From contig NC_090404.1 in assembly GCF_036365525.1 (NCBI RefSeq), forward strand, positions 11,932,550 to 11,996,549: a stretch of DNA of 64,000 nt, written 5' to 3'. This stretch comes from Heterodontus francisci. Its lineage: Eukaryota. Position numbers and translations under genes: made by a program. This document shows, one piece after another, positions 62,202 through 64,000 of this stretch. Below the pieces are notes generated by a model, which did not search any database, was not told the DNA's origin, and saw nothing but the letters and a program-made list of their open reading frames with translations. Each line of letters begins with the position of its first letter. Within the stretch, counting starts at the first letter, position 1.

Positions 62202-62420
62202 CATATGTGAGGACCCCAGTTCTAATCCCCAGCCTCAATAATCTGCTGTCATGTCTCAGGATGCTCTCATCTCACTTCCTTGTGTCTCCAGTGGTGCTGT
62301 GAGACCAGTCGGTCGTCAGCTGGCTGTCAGTGAATGGAAACACCCCGAGCTGGGCTACAGTCAGAGTTCTGATAGGGAAATGGCTGCACATTTAGAGACC
62401 GGGGGTGGGAATGAAACCCT
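62202..62420 (-). repeat. Inverted copy of the V8 upstream/promoter region (61226-61446)
   Basis: Direct reverse-complement alignment; a third partial copy lies at ~40935-41020 (+). Confidence 0.85.
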
Positions 62421-62699
62421 GGCCTGTTAATTATCACCAACCTGCTCAGGATTGTTAATGGCGACAGAAAATATTCCATCATTAAGGAGACACCCTGAAG
62501 CACAATGGACATTAGAGGAACTCTGTGTTTTGCGCTTGTTTTAAACATCACAGACACTACCTTGTGAAATCTATTCATTGTGTACAAACTGTCTCTGAGT
62601 CAGCAACACGCTCTGATCAAAAAAACCCTGTGAAAAGGCGGCGGTCAAAGACTCTGAGAAACTGATATCCCAATTAATTATTTATTCTCAGGAAACAGC

Positions 62700-64000
62700 T
62701 AATTAAAGAAAAAAGCAACCAGTTAACCGCTGAATTGTGAGTGCATGTGTGTGAAAGGGCGAGTTCAGATAAAATAAGAAGTGATAATTGTTTTTAGACA
62801 TAGGTGTATCTTAATAGTGTTTAAGATTTAGTTGAAATAAATAGTTAATTTGTTGTTGTCTAAAGATACCGGCTTTGGTCTATTTTATTCTGGGGGTTAC
62901 TAAAGTGTTCACTTTGGGTGTTTTCCGGTTTGGTAGAAAAACCTTACTAATATGCTGCAATCTGTGTAGTGATGGGACTGAACTGACAGTGCATTACTCC
63001 CGCCTCGGTCGTAATATATTAATTTGGTATCTCGTGTAGGATCAGATTAATTGGGGGTTCGCATTTGGAATTATATTAGTTGCTCATATCTGGGATAACA
63101 TATAAATTGGGGTCTTGCGTCTGGCATCATATTAATTGCTATCGCATCTGGGGCCATATGAATTGGAAACTCGTTTGCTGGGATCCAAACCTAATGCCAA
63201 TTACGAAAACATAGCAGGAACCAGGTTTCTTGTGTAATAAGGTACAGTCTATGACATCAGAATGGCATTAGCAGTTGCAGCAGTTTTTCTGGGAAAGGAC
63301 AACGTGTCCCTCAATGTCTTCACAATTTTACCTAAGAATAAACGAAAAGAACTGGCTGAAAAATTGGGATTGGAATTGAAATCAGGTGGCAAACTAAGCA
63401 GTAATAATTGACCTAATAGCCCAACATCTAAAATTAGAAGATGAAGAAGAGGAAGAAGATAGTAAGCCAAAGAATAATTCAGTGGAATTGGCTAAGATTC
63501 AGTTAGAAATCAAAAAACTGGAACTTGAACATGAAAAAGAAAAAGTCAAAGCAAAAAGTAAACTTGAGGCTGAAAAAGAATTGCAGAAAATTGAACTTGA
63601 AAAAGAGCAGAGAGGGAAAGAAAGGGAATTTAGGTTAAAAGAGGTGGAACTAAGACAAAGGGGTGGTCTTGACTCCAGGGAAAATTCAGCTTTGGAAGAA
63701 GCTGAATTCAGCGCAGAGCACAAGGAAAAGCTCTTTAAATTTATACAAGCTCTTCCTAAGTTTGAGGAAAGGGACATAGAGGCATTTTTCATATCTTTTG
63801 AAAAAATAACCAAACTGATGGAATGGAAATAGGAAAACTGGAGACTGCTGATGCAAAGCAGGCTGATGGGCAGAGCTCTTGACGTTGAGGCCACGCTTCC
63901 TGAAAAGGCTACTGCAGATTATCAAATGGCAAAAAAGGCCATTCTCGCTGTGTGTGAGTTAGTCCCTGAAGCTTACCGTCAGACGTTTCGGAACTTACGA
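62700..64000 (+). mobile_element. Gypsy (Gmr1-like) LTR retrotransposon: LTR 3' end and disrupted gag, running off the window
   Basis: Coiled-coil gag 63482..63832 ending LPKFEERDIEAFFISFEK, continuing past a stop with LLMQSRLMGRA..VPEAYRQTFRNL. Confidence 0.8.

Noticed and set aside
61703-62302. 199-aa ORF extending V8 through the RSS, suggesting a non-rearranging Ig-domain protein
   Set aside because: The extension reads through RSS and inverted promoter DNA with no J motif (FGxG); typical germline read-through.
36500-64000. J, D or C segments, germline-joined genes, NAR-TCR V or IgH-like V segments
   Set aside because: No convincing nonamer-12-heptamer plus FGxG, C1 exon or IgH/NAR-type framework seen; all open V segments are in germline configuration.

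Overview
Vertebrate genomic DNA, most likely a shark or other elasmobranch (HE1-type tRNA SINEs, CR1/L2-group, RTE and Penelope-like retroelements); no prokaryotic features. The window has two domains. Positions ~6-35.5 kb hold a birth-and-death cluster of C2H2 zinc-finger genes: two long intact finger arrays plus several truncated or pseudogene copies built from a repeated promoter/exon-1/exon-2 cassette. An orphan first coding exon of EMC4 sits in a bidirectional CpG island inside this cluster. Positions ~36.5-62.5 kb hold what appears to be the 5' edge of a T-cell receptor alpha/delta V cluster: four open leader+V exon+23-RSS genes, four forward V pseudogenes, several inverted V/promoter remnants and an oriented set of CTCF motifs. 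Main observations: a candidate ~48-aa upstream microprotein in the ZNF cassette; an open V segment lacking both Cys23 and Trp41; a young LINE inserted exactly at a V start codon; CTCF motifs ~25 bp downstream of RSSs; and possible capture of the EMC4 promoter by a ZNF gene. No J, D or C segments were seen. All calls were made by eye without database searches; repeat boundaries are approximate.
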